A stretch of 64,000 nt of DNA from an uncultured Bdellovibrionales bacterium (GTDB lineage: Bacteria; Patescibacteriota; Minisyncoccia; Moranbacterales; UBA1568), in the NCBI GenBank assembly GCA_964384235.1, contig CAYLJX010000001.1:169110-233109 (forward strand), in the 5' to 3' direction. The translations under genes were made by a program, and so were the position numbers. The notes under the pieces were generated by a model. The model had not been told where the DNA came from and ran no database searches. It saw only the letters and a list, made by a program, of their open reading frames with translations. Shown one piece after another: positions 8,787 to 17,877 of the stretch (positions are counted from its first letter, which is position 1; each line of letters starts with the position of its first letter).

Positions 8787-9938
8787 ATGCTCACCATCCT
8801 CATCTTCATCGTCCTTCTCGGTCTCCTCGTTTTCGTCCATGAGCTCGGGCATTTCCTGACGGCCAAGTGGAACGGGATCAAGGCCGACGAGTTCGGGTTC
8901 GGCTTCCCGCCGCGCCTCATCGGCGTGGTCAAGAACGATCAGACCGGCAAGTACGACATCGTCTGGGGCGGCAAGGACGTGACGAGTCGGAACACCATCT
9001 ACTCGCTCAACTGGATCCCTCTCGGCGGTTTCGTTCGCATCAAGGGCGAGGACGGAAGCGGGACGAACGATCCGGAGAGTTTCGCCGGACGACCGGCCTG
9101 GACTCGGATCAAGGTGCTCGGTGCCGGGGTGTTTATGAACTTCGTCCTGGCCTGGGTGCTCATCTCGATCGTGTTCGCTCTCGGACTTCCGCAGCCGATC
9201 GACTCGAGCGAGCGTGCGAAGTATCCCGATGCCAAGATTCAGATCCTCGATGTGAAGAAGGGGACACCCGCGGAAACGATGGGTCTCAAGCTCGGTGATG
9301 AGGTGGTCAAAGTCGCCGGGAAGAAACCGGAGAGTCTCGATATGGTGCGCGAAGAGATCCTTGCTCACAAGGGGCAGCCGATCATGATGGAAGTGAACCG
9401 TCTCGGACAGACTATGACACTCACCGGGACACCCCGTGTCGATTATCCGTCCAACGAAGGCAGTCTCGGCATTTCCTTTTCCGAGACAGCGATCGTCTCG
9501 TACCCGTGGTATGAGGCCCTCTATCGTGGCCTCGTGGCGACCTATGACATCACGCTGGCTATTCTCGCCGCCTTTGGCAAGATGATCGCCGGACTTTTCG
9601 GCGCCGAAAAAGTCCCGGTCGACGTGACCGGTCCGGTCGGCATCGTCTATCTCACCAAGCAGATGAGCGATCTTGGGTTGCCGTATCTCTTGCAGTTCGC
9701 GGCGCTCCTCTCTATCAACCTCGGCATCATCAACATCCTTCCTATCCCGGCGCTTGACGGCGGCCGCATCCTCTTCGTCCTCATCGAAAAGCTCAAGGGC
9801 TCGCCTGTGAGCCAGCGCGTGGAGGGAATGATCCACCAGGTCGGCTTCATGCTCCTTCTCCTGCTCATGCTTCTCATCACTGTCCGAGATTTCTCCCAGT
9901 TCAAGATCCTGGAAAAAATCACGAATCTGTTTACCTAA
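8787..9938 (+). CDS. rseP: RIP metalloprotease RseP (M50 family with PDZ domain)
   Basis: HELGH, PDZ-like region, NILPIPALDGG. Confidence 0.95.
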   Translation: MLTILIFIVLLGLLVFVHELGHFLTAKWNGIKADEFGFGFPPRLIGVVKNDQTGKYDIVWGGKDVTSRNTIYSLNWIPLGGFVRIKGEDGSGTNDPESFAGRPAWTRIKVLGAGVFMNFVLAWVLISIVFALGLPQPIDSSERAKYPDAKIQILDVKKGTPAETMGLKLGDEVVKVAGKKPESLDMVREEILAHKGQPIMMEVNRLGQTMTLTGTPRVDYPSNEGSLGISFSETAIVSYPWYEALYRGLVATYDITLAILAAFGKMIAGLFGAEKVPVDVTGPVGIVYLTKQMSDLGLPYLLQFAALLSINLGIINILPIPALDGGRILFVLIEKLKGSPVSQRVEGMIHQVGFMLLLLLMLLITVRDFSQFKILEKITNLFT

Positions 9939-9958
9939 AAGACGGTTTTTTGGCAGCG

Positions 9959-9986
9959 AAAAGTCCCTTGAAAGAGGGACTTTTTT
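9959..9986 (+). terminator. Intrinsic terminator
   Basis: AAAAGTCCCT-TGAAAG-AGGGACTTTTTT. Confidence 0.8.
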
Positions 9987-10065
9987 CGTTCGTACGACTC
10001 TTGACAGGTGCACGATTTTTTGGTACTATACTCCGTTACTCTTTTTAACGATGTAAAGCCTTATT

Positions 10066-10704
10066 ATGGCGAATTTTTCCCTTATCGAGATCGCCCGCGA
10101 ACGGGCCGGATCGCTTGTCTTGTCCGGGCTTCTTTTGGCGGCACTCGGCTTCGTTTCGCTTCTTTTCTTCGGGGCGCGCTACGAGGTGCGGACGGATTTT
10201 CTCGTCAGTCAGGAAGAGGCCGGGACCAAGGATTACTACACGCTCGCCCGTTCGTCCGAATACATGGGTAAGCTCCTCGGCGAGGTGGTCTACAGCGAGC
10301 GCTTCATTGCGGCGGTCGTCGATACCGGCAAGGTGGGGAGCGAATTCCTTCCCTTCGACAAGACCGCCCGCCTCAAGGAATGGCAGCGGATGGTCAAGGT
10401 ACAGAAAGAGCTCGACCTCGGCATCATCAAGGTGACCGTCTTCGGTGACAATGCCAAGGACGCGCAGAAAGTCTCCGCGGCCATCGCTCAGGTCTTGAGC
10501 GAGAAGAACGGCCAGTTCCTCGGAACCGGTGACAAGAATATCCCCGTGAGCATCCTTTCGGGACCGATCGCCGAACGCAATCCTTCCTTCAAGGAAATCG
10601 TTTCCGTCACAGCAGGCGGGTTCCTGTTCGGAATCCTTCTCTCCCTCCTGGTCTTCTTCATGCGCTACGAAGTCTTCCGCAAGGAAGTGCCGTACGAAGT
10701 GTAA
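10066..10704 (+). CDS. Polysaccharide chain-length/CpsC (Wzz-like) membrane protein
   Basis: Two terminal TM helices around an external domain; polysaccharide-locus context. Confidence 0.6.
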   Translation: MANFSLIEIARERAGSLVLSGLLLAALGFVSLLFFGARYEVRTDFLVSQEEAGTKDYYTLARSSEYMGKLLGEVVYSERFIAAVVDTGKVGSEFLPFDKTARLKEWQRMVKVQKELDLGIIKVTVFGDNAKDAQKVSAAIAQVLSEKNGQFLGTGDKNIPVSILSGPIAERNPSFKEIVSVTAGGFLFGILLSLLVFFMRYEVFRKEVPYEV

Positions 10705-10821
10705 GCTTCGACTTTCTCGTCTTCGGGGGAAATCCTTCTCCCCAAGCGAGAGAGCCGGGAACGGTTCTCTTGTTATTTGAAAATTCAGTCTTACTAACGC
10801 AGTACAGAAAAGGAGATTGCC

Positions 10822-11715
10822 ATGTCCAGACTCGGATGTGTTTTGTTGTTTCTGGTGCTTACCCTCACGGGTTGCGCCACGCCAAACACCATCCGGCTCA
10901 TGGATGGTGGCAAGGACGGAAGAGTGGTGCGAGAAATCGGCATCGACCCGGTGATGTTTTCCGGGTTGCCGTGGAGCGACGACCTCAAGCAGGGGAACTT
11001 CGTGACCCTTTTGGGGAACTTTCCTCAGACGCCCGAAAGCTACGCCGAGTGGGATCCCTTGCGGATCCGATATCAGGCGCATGCGGTCGGGACAGATGGG
11101 AAAGAATACGTCGCTCACGCGCTGTTCGCCGGTTACATCCAGTGTCAACCCCGTTTCTTCGTGTTCGTCGAAGGCTTGCGAAAGCCGACGTCGGACGTGA
11201 AGGTCGTGACGCTTTCGACGCTTCTCGATCGGGCCTACGGGCTCGACGGGCGGCCGATAAAGACATTCGACAGGGGCAAGTTCCAAAGCGATGCCAAGTA
11301 TCGCCAGGAGCTTGTCTCGCGCGAGGGGACGGCCCTGACCGCAGTACGTCAGATCGGTGGCATGGAGCGCGCGTTCGAGAACTGGACCGTCTACCAGACC
11401 AAGTCCGGCCTGATCGCCACCCCGCTTGACCCACAGAGGGTCAGGTTCCTCAGTGGTATCAACCCCCAATATTCCTACTGGGAGAAGGTGGTAGGTACTA
11501 CGAGAGGTGCCGTCAGTCTCGACTACATCGGGACGTCGCTCAATCTCGTGATCGAACTGATCCAAGCCGGCTCGGCGGACTCGAAAGGGTTCGACTATGC
11601 GTCGGTGATGTCTCGGAAGCAGCAGGGATACAACCTCGTGTTCATGGAGGCCCTGCGTACCGAAGGGCAGCGTTCGTGTATGACGGCCATCGCCGCGGAA
11701 AGGAGAAAGCCATGA
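10822..11715 (+). CDS. Hypothetical lipoprotein
   Basis: SD AAGGAG; lipobox LTGC. Confidence 0.7.
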   Translation: MSRLGCVLLFLVLTLTGCATPNTIRLMDGGKDGRVVREIGIDPVMFSGLPWSDDLKQGNFVTLLGNFPQTPESYAEWDPLRIRYQAHAVGTDGKEYVAHALFAGYIQCQPRFFVFVEGLRKPTSDVKVVTLSTLLDRAYGLDGRPIKTFDRGKFQSDAKYRQELVSREGTALTAVRQIGGMERAFENWTVYQTKSGLIATPLDPQRVRFLSGINPQYSYWEKVVGTTRGAVSLDYIGTSLNLVIELIQAGSADSKGFDYASVMSRKQQGYNLVFMEALRTEGQRSCMTAIAAERRKP

Positions 11716-11779
11716 GGCTGTTTCATCAACTGGAACCGCCATGGTGGCGGCTCCGAATTCTCAACGAAAGGAGAGAGCC

Positions 11780-13633
11780 ATGAGTGAACTGACTGGCGAC
11801 ATGCTCCGTTCTCCTGGACAATCAGGGAACGGTCGGCGGAAGACTGTCAGGAACATTTTCCTGGCGGCTCTGCTGCTTCTCGTAATGGGCGGGCTCGCCT
11901 ATCTGTATTGGCCTCAGGTCAAGAAAGGTGGGAGCGAGCTCTTCGAGCGGGTGTCACAGGTATTCTCAGGTAAGCCGCAAGGCAAGCCTCTGCAACCTGT
12001 GGTTCTCGCTGTCAACCTTACACAGGCCGAGGAAACGAAACCTGATCTACCGGCGGCGGAAGCCGATAAGGCTGAAGCGCCGGCTCCGGCAGATAGCAAG
12101 TATGTCGTCCGCGAGGGCGATACGCTCGGAGTCTTGTTCGGCAGGAACGCGAAAGCGGTGTGTGAGTTGAACAAGCTCGCAAACTGCGATCGTATCGTGC
12201 CGGACCAGGTGCTCAAGCTTCCCGAAGGTGTCGAGGCCAAGACCGGGACGCAAGTCCGTGTGTCGAAGCCGAAGCCCAAGCGGGTAAGCTCGGCGTTTGT
12301 CACCAAACCAAAAGTCGCGAAAGCGGCTCCGACCGAACCCGGTGTTTTCTACTGGAAGAAAGTTGGTGGTGCACCCCTCAAGGGGTGCGGCGGTAAGGAT
12401 GACGAGACTCTCAACGAGGAAGCCTGGACGAAACTTGGTCTCTCCGACGAGGAGAAGGCTGAACTGCGCGCCAAGGTGGCTCTCGAGAGCTTCGAGCACA
12501 CGTGGTTCAAGCCCGGTATGCGTCTCCCGGCAGTCGCCTTTTGCAAGAAGGGCGAAGTGGTTTTCCGGGAAAACGTGGTGACGGCATGGTCGGAATCGGA
12601 AGTCGTGATCGCAAGGACGTATGTCCTGCACAGCGGCCGACGGCTCCATCATGTCAGGAACTGCAACAACTGGGTGCCGGATGTATCGGTTCCGGTCGCA
12701 CCTGTCGCCGAAGCTGCCCAAGCGGTACCAACCGACGAAGCGGTTCCGACTCCCGCCGAAGAAGCTCCGCCTGCGCCGCCCATCTCGGCCTTCCCCAAGG
12801 AAGACATCGCCGAGTGGGAAGCGATCGTCGGGGCCGGCGTGTGGGACAACAAGCTCGCACACGGTAACTGGCGGTACGGCGAGGCGGCCCTGATGGCGAT
12901 TCTGCCTGACGGGTACCGTCTCGGTGGCGGCGTATACGGTATGTGGGGCGGCGGGTCGAGCGACACGTCGGACTACTCCTGGCGCGAACGCGGTTACGGA
13001 CCCCAAGTCGTGCTCAAAAAGAATTTCCTTCGAGAGCAGACGGACGAGTTCGGACAGAGCGTGCTTCTGCCGGCCATGTGGGGCCTCAAGCTCCGCTATA
13101 TCCCGAACGACCACGTGCATGGCAGCAATCCGGTTTCCGGGTATGCCAACACGCAGGACGGGAAGAAACTGGGTCTCTACGCCGAGTATCTCGCGCGGAC
13201 GAGTCCGGATTGGCTGTTGGGAATCACCGGCGAGGTGTGGCACAGTTTCGACCGCCGCATCAAGTCGACATGGTCCGGTGACAAGCCGCAAGACCGCGGA
13301 TCGCTCGCATTCAACCTGTTCCAGCAGTACCGCATCAACGACAACTGGCAGGTGAGGTTCGTCGAAGGCGCATCCCATCAGAACTGGGACAAGCTCAACT
13401 TCCTCAACCTGCACGCCGAAGCGCGGTACCAGGAAACGTTCATGTTCGGACCGCGGATCTCGTTCGCGCTCAACAAGCCGGATGCGTACAAGAACGTCGC
13501 TCGGGGTGACCTGACGACGATCGGCGCGTTTGTGCGGGCTGAGTTCGGCGACACCTTCCGCACGTGGGATCGCAAGTATCGCGAGAGCACGGTGCAACAG
13601 GTGGGACCGGTGTCCGAGCAGCAAAACGAATGA
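11780..13633 (+). CDS. Membrane-anchored LysM protein with a C-terminal beta-barrel-like domain
   Basis: SD AAGGAG; TM helix; LysM YVVREGDTL...N..IVPDQVLKLP; Pro/Ala linker; amphipathic aromatic beta strands. Confidence 0.7.
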   Translation: MSELTGDMLRSPGQSGNGRRKTVRNIFLAALLLLVMGGLAYLYWPQVKKGGSELFERVSQVFSGKPQGKPLQPVVLAVNLTQAEETKPDLPAAEADKAEAPAPADSKYVVREGDTLGVLFGRNAKAVCELNKLANCDRIVPDQVLKLPEGVEAKTGTQVRVSKPKPKRVSSAFVTKPKVAKAAPTEPGVFYWKKVGGAPLKGCGGKDDETLNEEAWTKLGLSDEEKAELRAKVALESFEHTWFKPGMRLPAVAFCKKGEVVFRENVVTAWSESEVVIARTYVLHSGRRLHHVRNCNNWVPDVSVPVAPVAEAAQAVPTDEAVPTPAEEAPPAPPISAFPKEDIAEWEAIVGAGVWDNKLAHGNWRYGEAALMAILPDGYRLGGGVYGMWGGGSSDTSDYSWRERGYGPQVVLKKNFLREQTDEFGQSVLLPAMWGLKLRYIPNDHVHGSNPVSGYANTQDGKKLGLYAEYLARTSPDWLLGITGEVWHSFDRRIKSTWSGDKPQDRGSLAFNLFQQYRINDNWQVRFVEGASHQNWDKLNFLNLHAEARYQETFMFGPRISFALNKPDAYKNVARGDLTTIGAFVRAEFGDTFRTWDRKYRESTVQQVGPVSEQQNE

Positions 13634-13763
13634 CATGCGCTGCGTACGGCTCGAAAGAGTCTCTTCAGTAAGACTGGATAAAAAGGCTACTCGCGTGAAT
13701 ATACCGCGAAGTGGTGGGCATGAAGACGATTCGGAAATCCGAGTCGGACGCACAGCAATTCCT

Positions 13764-13808
13764 AACGGGCAGATACCTTGAAACTAAGGACTGCCCGTTT
13801 GATTTTTC
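13764..13808 (+). terminator. Intrinsic terminator
   Basis: AACGGGCAG...CTGCCCGTT followed by a T tract. Confidence 0.7.
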
Positions 13809-13969
13809 TAAGGCTTTTTTGGGTATCTTACCCTTGACATTTTTATGAAAACATGTATACTGGTATGTTCGCTTGTAATATATTAAGCGGGCACTGGTTC
13901 GTTAAGTGTAGTTCAACCCGCGTCCTCGGCTGCTCGCCGAGACGTCAACCACCTCACAAGGAGGGCACC

Positions 13970-14440
13970 ATGAGCAAGACTCTGAATCTGAGCAATACCT
14001 CGGCCATGCTGTTCGTTTTCGGTCTGATCATCCTTACCTTTCTGATGATCCGTCCGGCCCACGCCGACTTCAGCAAGGACACACACCAGGTTCCGCCGAC
14101 GGCCACCATGACGGCCACGAAAGACGCGAATGGCAATGTGATGATCATCTGGACCGACCCGCTCAAGGTCACCAAGGTTCAGCATTACATCGGCCATGGT
14201 CGCAAGGGCGGCTTCATCAAGGACATCCAGGTGGGTGCCGAGAAGAAGGTGGTCCTCGCCGACATCGCCAAGAACGGTGGCCGGTTCAACGTCGTGACCG
14301 AGAATGGGAAGTTTCTCCACCTCGAATGCGGCGGCAACACCGAGACCGTCATGCCCAAGTTCGTCGGCATGAAGGTCGATTGCAGCTACCATGGCAAGGA
14401 CGGCAACGGCCCCGCCGAAGGCGCGCTCGTCGTCGAGTGA
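13970..14440 (+). CDS. Hypothetical secreted protein
   Basis: TTGACA/TATACT promoter upstream; SD AAGGAGG; signal peptide ending AHA; strong codon bias. Confidence 0.7.
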   Translation: MSKTLNLSNTSAMLFVFGLIILTFLMIRPAHADFSKDTHQVPPTATMTATKDANGNVMIIWTDPLKVTKVQHYIGHGRKGGFIKDIQVGAEKKVVLADIAKNGGRFNVVTENGKFLHLECGGNTETVMPKFVGMKVDCSYHGKDGNGPAEGALVVE

Positions 14441-14558
14441 CCCTCCGCCGGCCTGAATAGGCCATTCGAAGCCCCAGTTTCCATAACCGGATCCTGGGGC
14501 TTTACATTTTTATAAAAACGTGCTATACTATCAGGTTTTGAAATATGACAGACCAAGT

Positions 14559-16034
14559 ATGTCGAAACATCACAAACTTGAAAGTACCGTGCTCGGATTC
14601 CTTGTCTTTTTGCTCGGAATCAACGTGTTTTTGAATGCGGCGTACGGGTTCGTACTGCCGGTATTCTTGGCGACGGTGCCGGTCGCGGGAGTCCTTTCGT
14701 TTTTCTTTCCGCAGGCGGGATTCTTCGCGGTGCTTGTCATGACCGTCTTCTTCGAGCGTTTCTTCACCCTCTCGCCGGTGATCATCGGAGAGCAAGTGTT
14801 CAAGCTCTACCCGCTTGATGTCATCCTCGTTGCTATTTTCTGTTCATGGCTTCTGTCTTTTCTCAAGGAGGGGAGAAACTTTTTCCGCTTCCGAAGTTTC
14901 GATAACTGGCTTCTCGGTTTTTTCGCATTCGTTTCCGTTTTGTTCCTTGCTGCGCTCTCGTGGGGGGATACGGACACGGCGGTCGCGTTCAGCACGTGGA
15001 AGAACTATGTGTTCTACGGTTTTTCGGTGTTCTTCCTCGCTGGGACGGTACGAAGCAAAGAAGATCTCTTCGCTCTCGGGAAACTGTTCCTGACAAGCGT
15101 CGCGGCGGCGAGCGTGTTTCTCCTTATTGGAATCATCCGCGGAGAGGGCCTGTGGACGGAATTTACGCCGCTCTCCACGCCGGGAGTGCGTTTCCTCGCA
15201 TTCCCGCACGCCTTCTATTTTTCGCTCGCGCTCATCACGCTTCTGTTTTCTCTGCCACTTTGGCTCAAAAAAGACGGGGTACGTCCGTCATCTCGTCTGG
15301 TGTTTTTCGTGAGCGTGCTCGCGCTCGGGGTCGTGGGATCGCTCATGCGTCACCTCTGGCTCGGAATCGGAGCGACCATTCTCATGGGCCTTATCCTGTC
15401 TCCGATGGTGTTTGGCAAGAGACTCGTTTCTTTGTCTCTGAAATTTGTTTTTCCTTTGTTTCTCATCCTCTCGGCGGCGTGGTTCGTACTTGCGATCTTT
15501 CCGGAAAGCGAGGCGACGGGAACGGTGGGACACAACCTTGCCGTTATCGGCGAGCGTATCGTTTCCATCGGCAACAGCACTGATGAGAGTCTCGCGTGGC
15601 GCGGAGCGGTCTGGGAGAGCGCGCTCGCGCGGTTCTCGGAGCATCCGTTCTTCGGTATCGGTTTCGGGGCGAGCGTCCCGGTGGAGATGGGGGATTATCG
15701 CCAGTACGTCGAGGTACGGAACATGCACAACTCTTGGCTCGCTCTCCTCATCCAGACCGGTTTCGTCGGATTCGTGCTCCTCGGAGGGTATATTCTCTCG
15801 CTTGTGATCGCACTTCTCCGTATCCGGATCAACGACGATTTTCTCAGATCAGTCCGCTTCGTCCTGTTGGGATTGCTTTTCTTTCAGGGGTTGGTCTTTT
15901 TCTCACAGCCATACCTGGAGACGAACCTTCTGGGTATCTTCTTCTGGATCACACTCGGATTGATGCGTGCAGTCATTAGTTTTACAGGCGTATCGTTTCC
16001 CAAAAATCTTTATGAAGATTCTCGAAGTCAATAA
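14559..16034 (+). CDS. O-antigen ligase/Wzy-family polymerase
   Basis: About 12 TM segments; SLAWR..W...HPFFGIGFG...HNSWL. Confidence 0.88.
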   Translation: MSKHHKLESTVLGFLVFLLGINVFLNAAYGFVLPVFLATVPVAGVLSFFFPQAGFFAVLVMTVFFERFFTLSPVIIGEQVFKLYPLDVILVAIFCSWLLSFLKEGRNFFRFRSFDNWLLGFFAFVSVLFLAALSWGDTDTAVAFSTWKNYVFYGFSVFFLAGTVRSKEDLFALGKLFLTSVAAASVFLLIGIIRGEGLWTEFTPLSTPGVRFLAFPHAFYFSLALITLLFSLPLWLKKDGVRPSSRLVFFVSVLALGVVGSLMRHLWLGIGATILMGLILSPMVFGKRLVSLSLKFVFPLFLILSAAWFVLAIFPESEATGTVGHNLAVIGERIVSIGNSTDESLAWRGAVWESALARFSEHPFFGIGFGASVPVEMGDYRQYVEVRNMHNSWLALLIQTGFVGFVLLGGYILSLVIALLRIRINDDFLRSVRFVLLGLLFFQGLVFFSQPYLETNLLGIFFWITLGLMRAVISFTGVSFPKNLYEDSRSQ

Positions 16035-17196
16035 ATTTTATTACCTGCGAAGGGGAGCGGAAAGACACTTCCTCGATCTGGAAGCGCTCCTGAAATCACG
16101 CGGTCACGATGTGGCTATCTTTGCCATGGAGAGCGACGCGGTGCTCGATACGAAGTGGCGCAAGTATTTCCCGAGCTACGTGGGATACAACGCCTCCGAT
16201 GCGACGCTTTGGCAGAAGATCAAGGGCGTCGGACGGCTCTTCTGGTCGTTCGAATCATGTCGCAAGATGAAAGCGCTTCTCAAAGACTGGCGGCCGGACG
16301 TCGTGCATCTCCACAACATCTATCACCAGCTCTCGCCGTCCATTCTTGGGTCGATCAAACGGCTCGGTATCCCGATCGTCATGACGGTGCATGATTACAA
16401 CCTCGTCTCACCGGACAAGGATGCGTACTATCCGGAGGTCGGAAAACGGTATTGGAAATTTCTTTTCAAACGGAAGTACTCGTTCTTCAAACGGCTGCTC
16501 CTGGTCTTGAAGAAGTATATCGAAGACGTGGCTCGTCTGTATGAAGGGAAAATCGACCGGTATATCGTTCCGAGTCGGTACGTGAAAGATGTGCTGGTCT
16601 CTGCTGGCATGCCTGAAGAGAAGATAACGGTGCTTCCGCATTTTGTTTCCGCTTCCTTCGGTGACGAGAGCATCGTACACAGCGAAAGAAAACTGCAGGC
16701 CCTCTATTTCGGTAGTCTTTCCGATGTGAAGGGTGTGAATGAGCTCGTCGGTATGTTCGATGCTTTGAAAGTTCCTCTGGTGCTTGCCGGCACCAAGGAG
16801 GACGGCTTCATGCTTCGCGAGAGCAAATATGTCACTTTTGTCGGGAGGCAGAACCGCGATCGTCTCATGAGGCTGATCCAGGAGGCTTCATGCGTGGTGA
16901 GTACTTCGCGTCTTCCGGAAACGTTCGGACTCATCGCGTTGGAAGCGATCGCTTTGGGCAAACCGTTCTTCGGGCTGAAGAGCGGTGCACTTCCGGAAAT
17001 CATCGAGAACGGAAAGAACGGATATCTCGCGGAAAACGAGTCGGAACTGCGATCGAAACTGGAAGAATTTTTTTCCGGAAAGATGGTATTTCACTCGGAG
17101 GAAATCAGAAAAGATGCGGAGGGGCGTTTCGGCGAAAACCGGTACGGAGCGGCTCTGGAAAAGATTTTTCATAATCTAGCGGTTGACGTGGAGTGA
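16012..17196 (+). CDS. Glycosyltransferase family 4
   Basis: PDVVHLHN and ETFGLIALEA motifs. Confidence 0.92.
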   Translation: MKILEVNKFYYLRRGAERHFLDLEALLKSRGHDVAIFAMESDAVLDTKWRKYFPSYVGYNASDATLWQKIKGVGRLFWSFESCRKMKALLKDWRPDVVHLHNIYHQLSPSILGSIKRLGIPIVMTVHDYNLVSPDKDAYYPEVGKRYWKFLFKRKYSFFKRLLLVLKKYIEDVARLYEGKIDRYIVPSRYVKDVLVSAGMPEEKITVLPHFVSASFGDESIVHSERKLQALYFGSLSDVKGVNELVGMFDALKVPLVLAGTKEDGFMLRESKYVTFVGRQNRDRLMRLIQEASCVVSTSRLPETFGLIALEAIALGKPFFGLKSGALPEIIENGKNGYLAENESELRSKLEEFFSGKMVFHSEEIRKDAEGRFGENRYGAALEKIFHNLAVDVE

Positions 17197-17279
17197 TTTT
17201 CGGTGTATGGTATGGCGGTCGGTCCGCTGAGGAGAATTCCTTGGCATTCACAATCTTCTTTTGAGGGAGGGGTGAGGCA

Positions 17280-17813
17280 ATGAAGAAGCTCGCATCGATG
17301 GCAGTACTGATCGGTCTCGGTCTCGGCGGTCTGGTGTGGTCCATGCAGATGTTCGAGATCCTGCCGGGCAGGGTTTTGACGGTGGCGGAACCATCGGGAG
17401 AGGTAGGAATAGTCCTCGCGCATCCGAGGACGCCGAAAACCGTCCTTCTGGTGTGGAGGAAGAGTATGGGTTCTTCGGACGCTGATCTCGTTTCCTCGAT
17501 CCGGATTGAGGCGAGAAATGCCGGCTGGAAGGAGATTCCTCAGGTACCGGGGGAAACCAAGGAAGAAGACCTCTGTGAGATCAAGGTCTTTCCGGTGAGG
17601 GGCGACCTCACGAGGGCTGATTCTGCGGGCAAGCCCTTGGACCCCTATCTCAGCAGTTGCAATGTGCAGCACAGGCTGCTGAGTGCTGCCGGAGTGCATT
17701 CCGTGATGTACAACCTCGCGGAGTTCGCCCGACTGCCGAACAGTGCGCCGATCATGCAGGAAAGCGGCTTCTACCGGACGTGGCCGCAGATCGGGAAGAC
17801 TGTCAGGATGTAG
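17280..17813 (+). CDS. Hypothetical exported protein
   Basis: SD-like GGAGGG/GAGG; N-terminal signal or TM segment. Confidence 0.55.
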   Translation: MKKLASMAVLIGLGLGGLVWSMQMFEILPGRVLTVAEPSGEVGIVLAHPRTPKTVLLVWRKSMGSSDADLVSSIRIEARNAGWKEIPQVPGETKEEDLCEIKVFPVRGDLTRADSAGKPLDPYLSSCNVQHRLLSAAGVHSVMYNLAEFARLPNSAPIMQESGFYRTWPQIGKTVRM

Positions 17814-17877
17814 GAATGTGTGAGCGGTGAGTTGACAGGCAAAGGAAGAGCGTTTTCCTGAGCCTGTCTTTTTTTAC

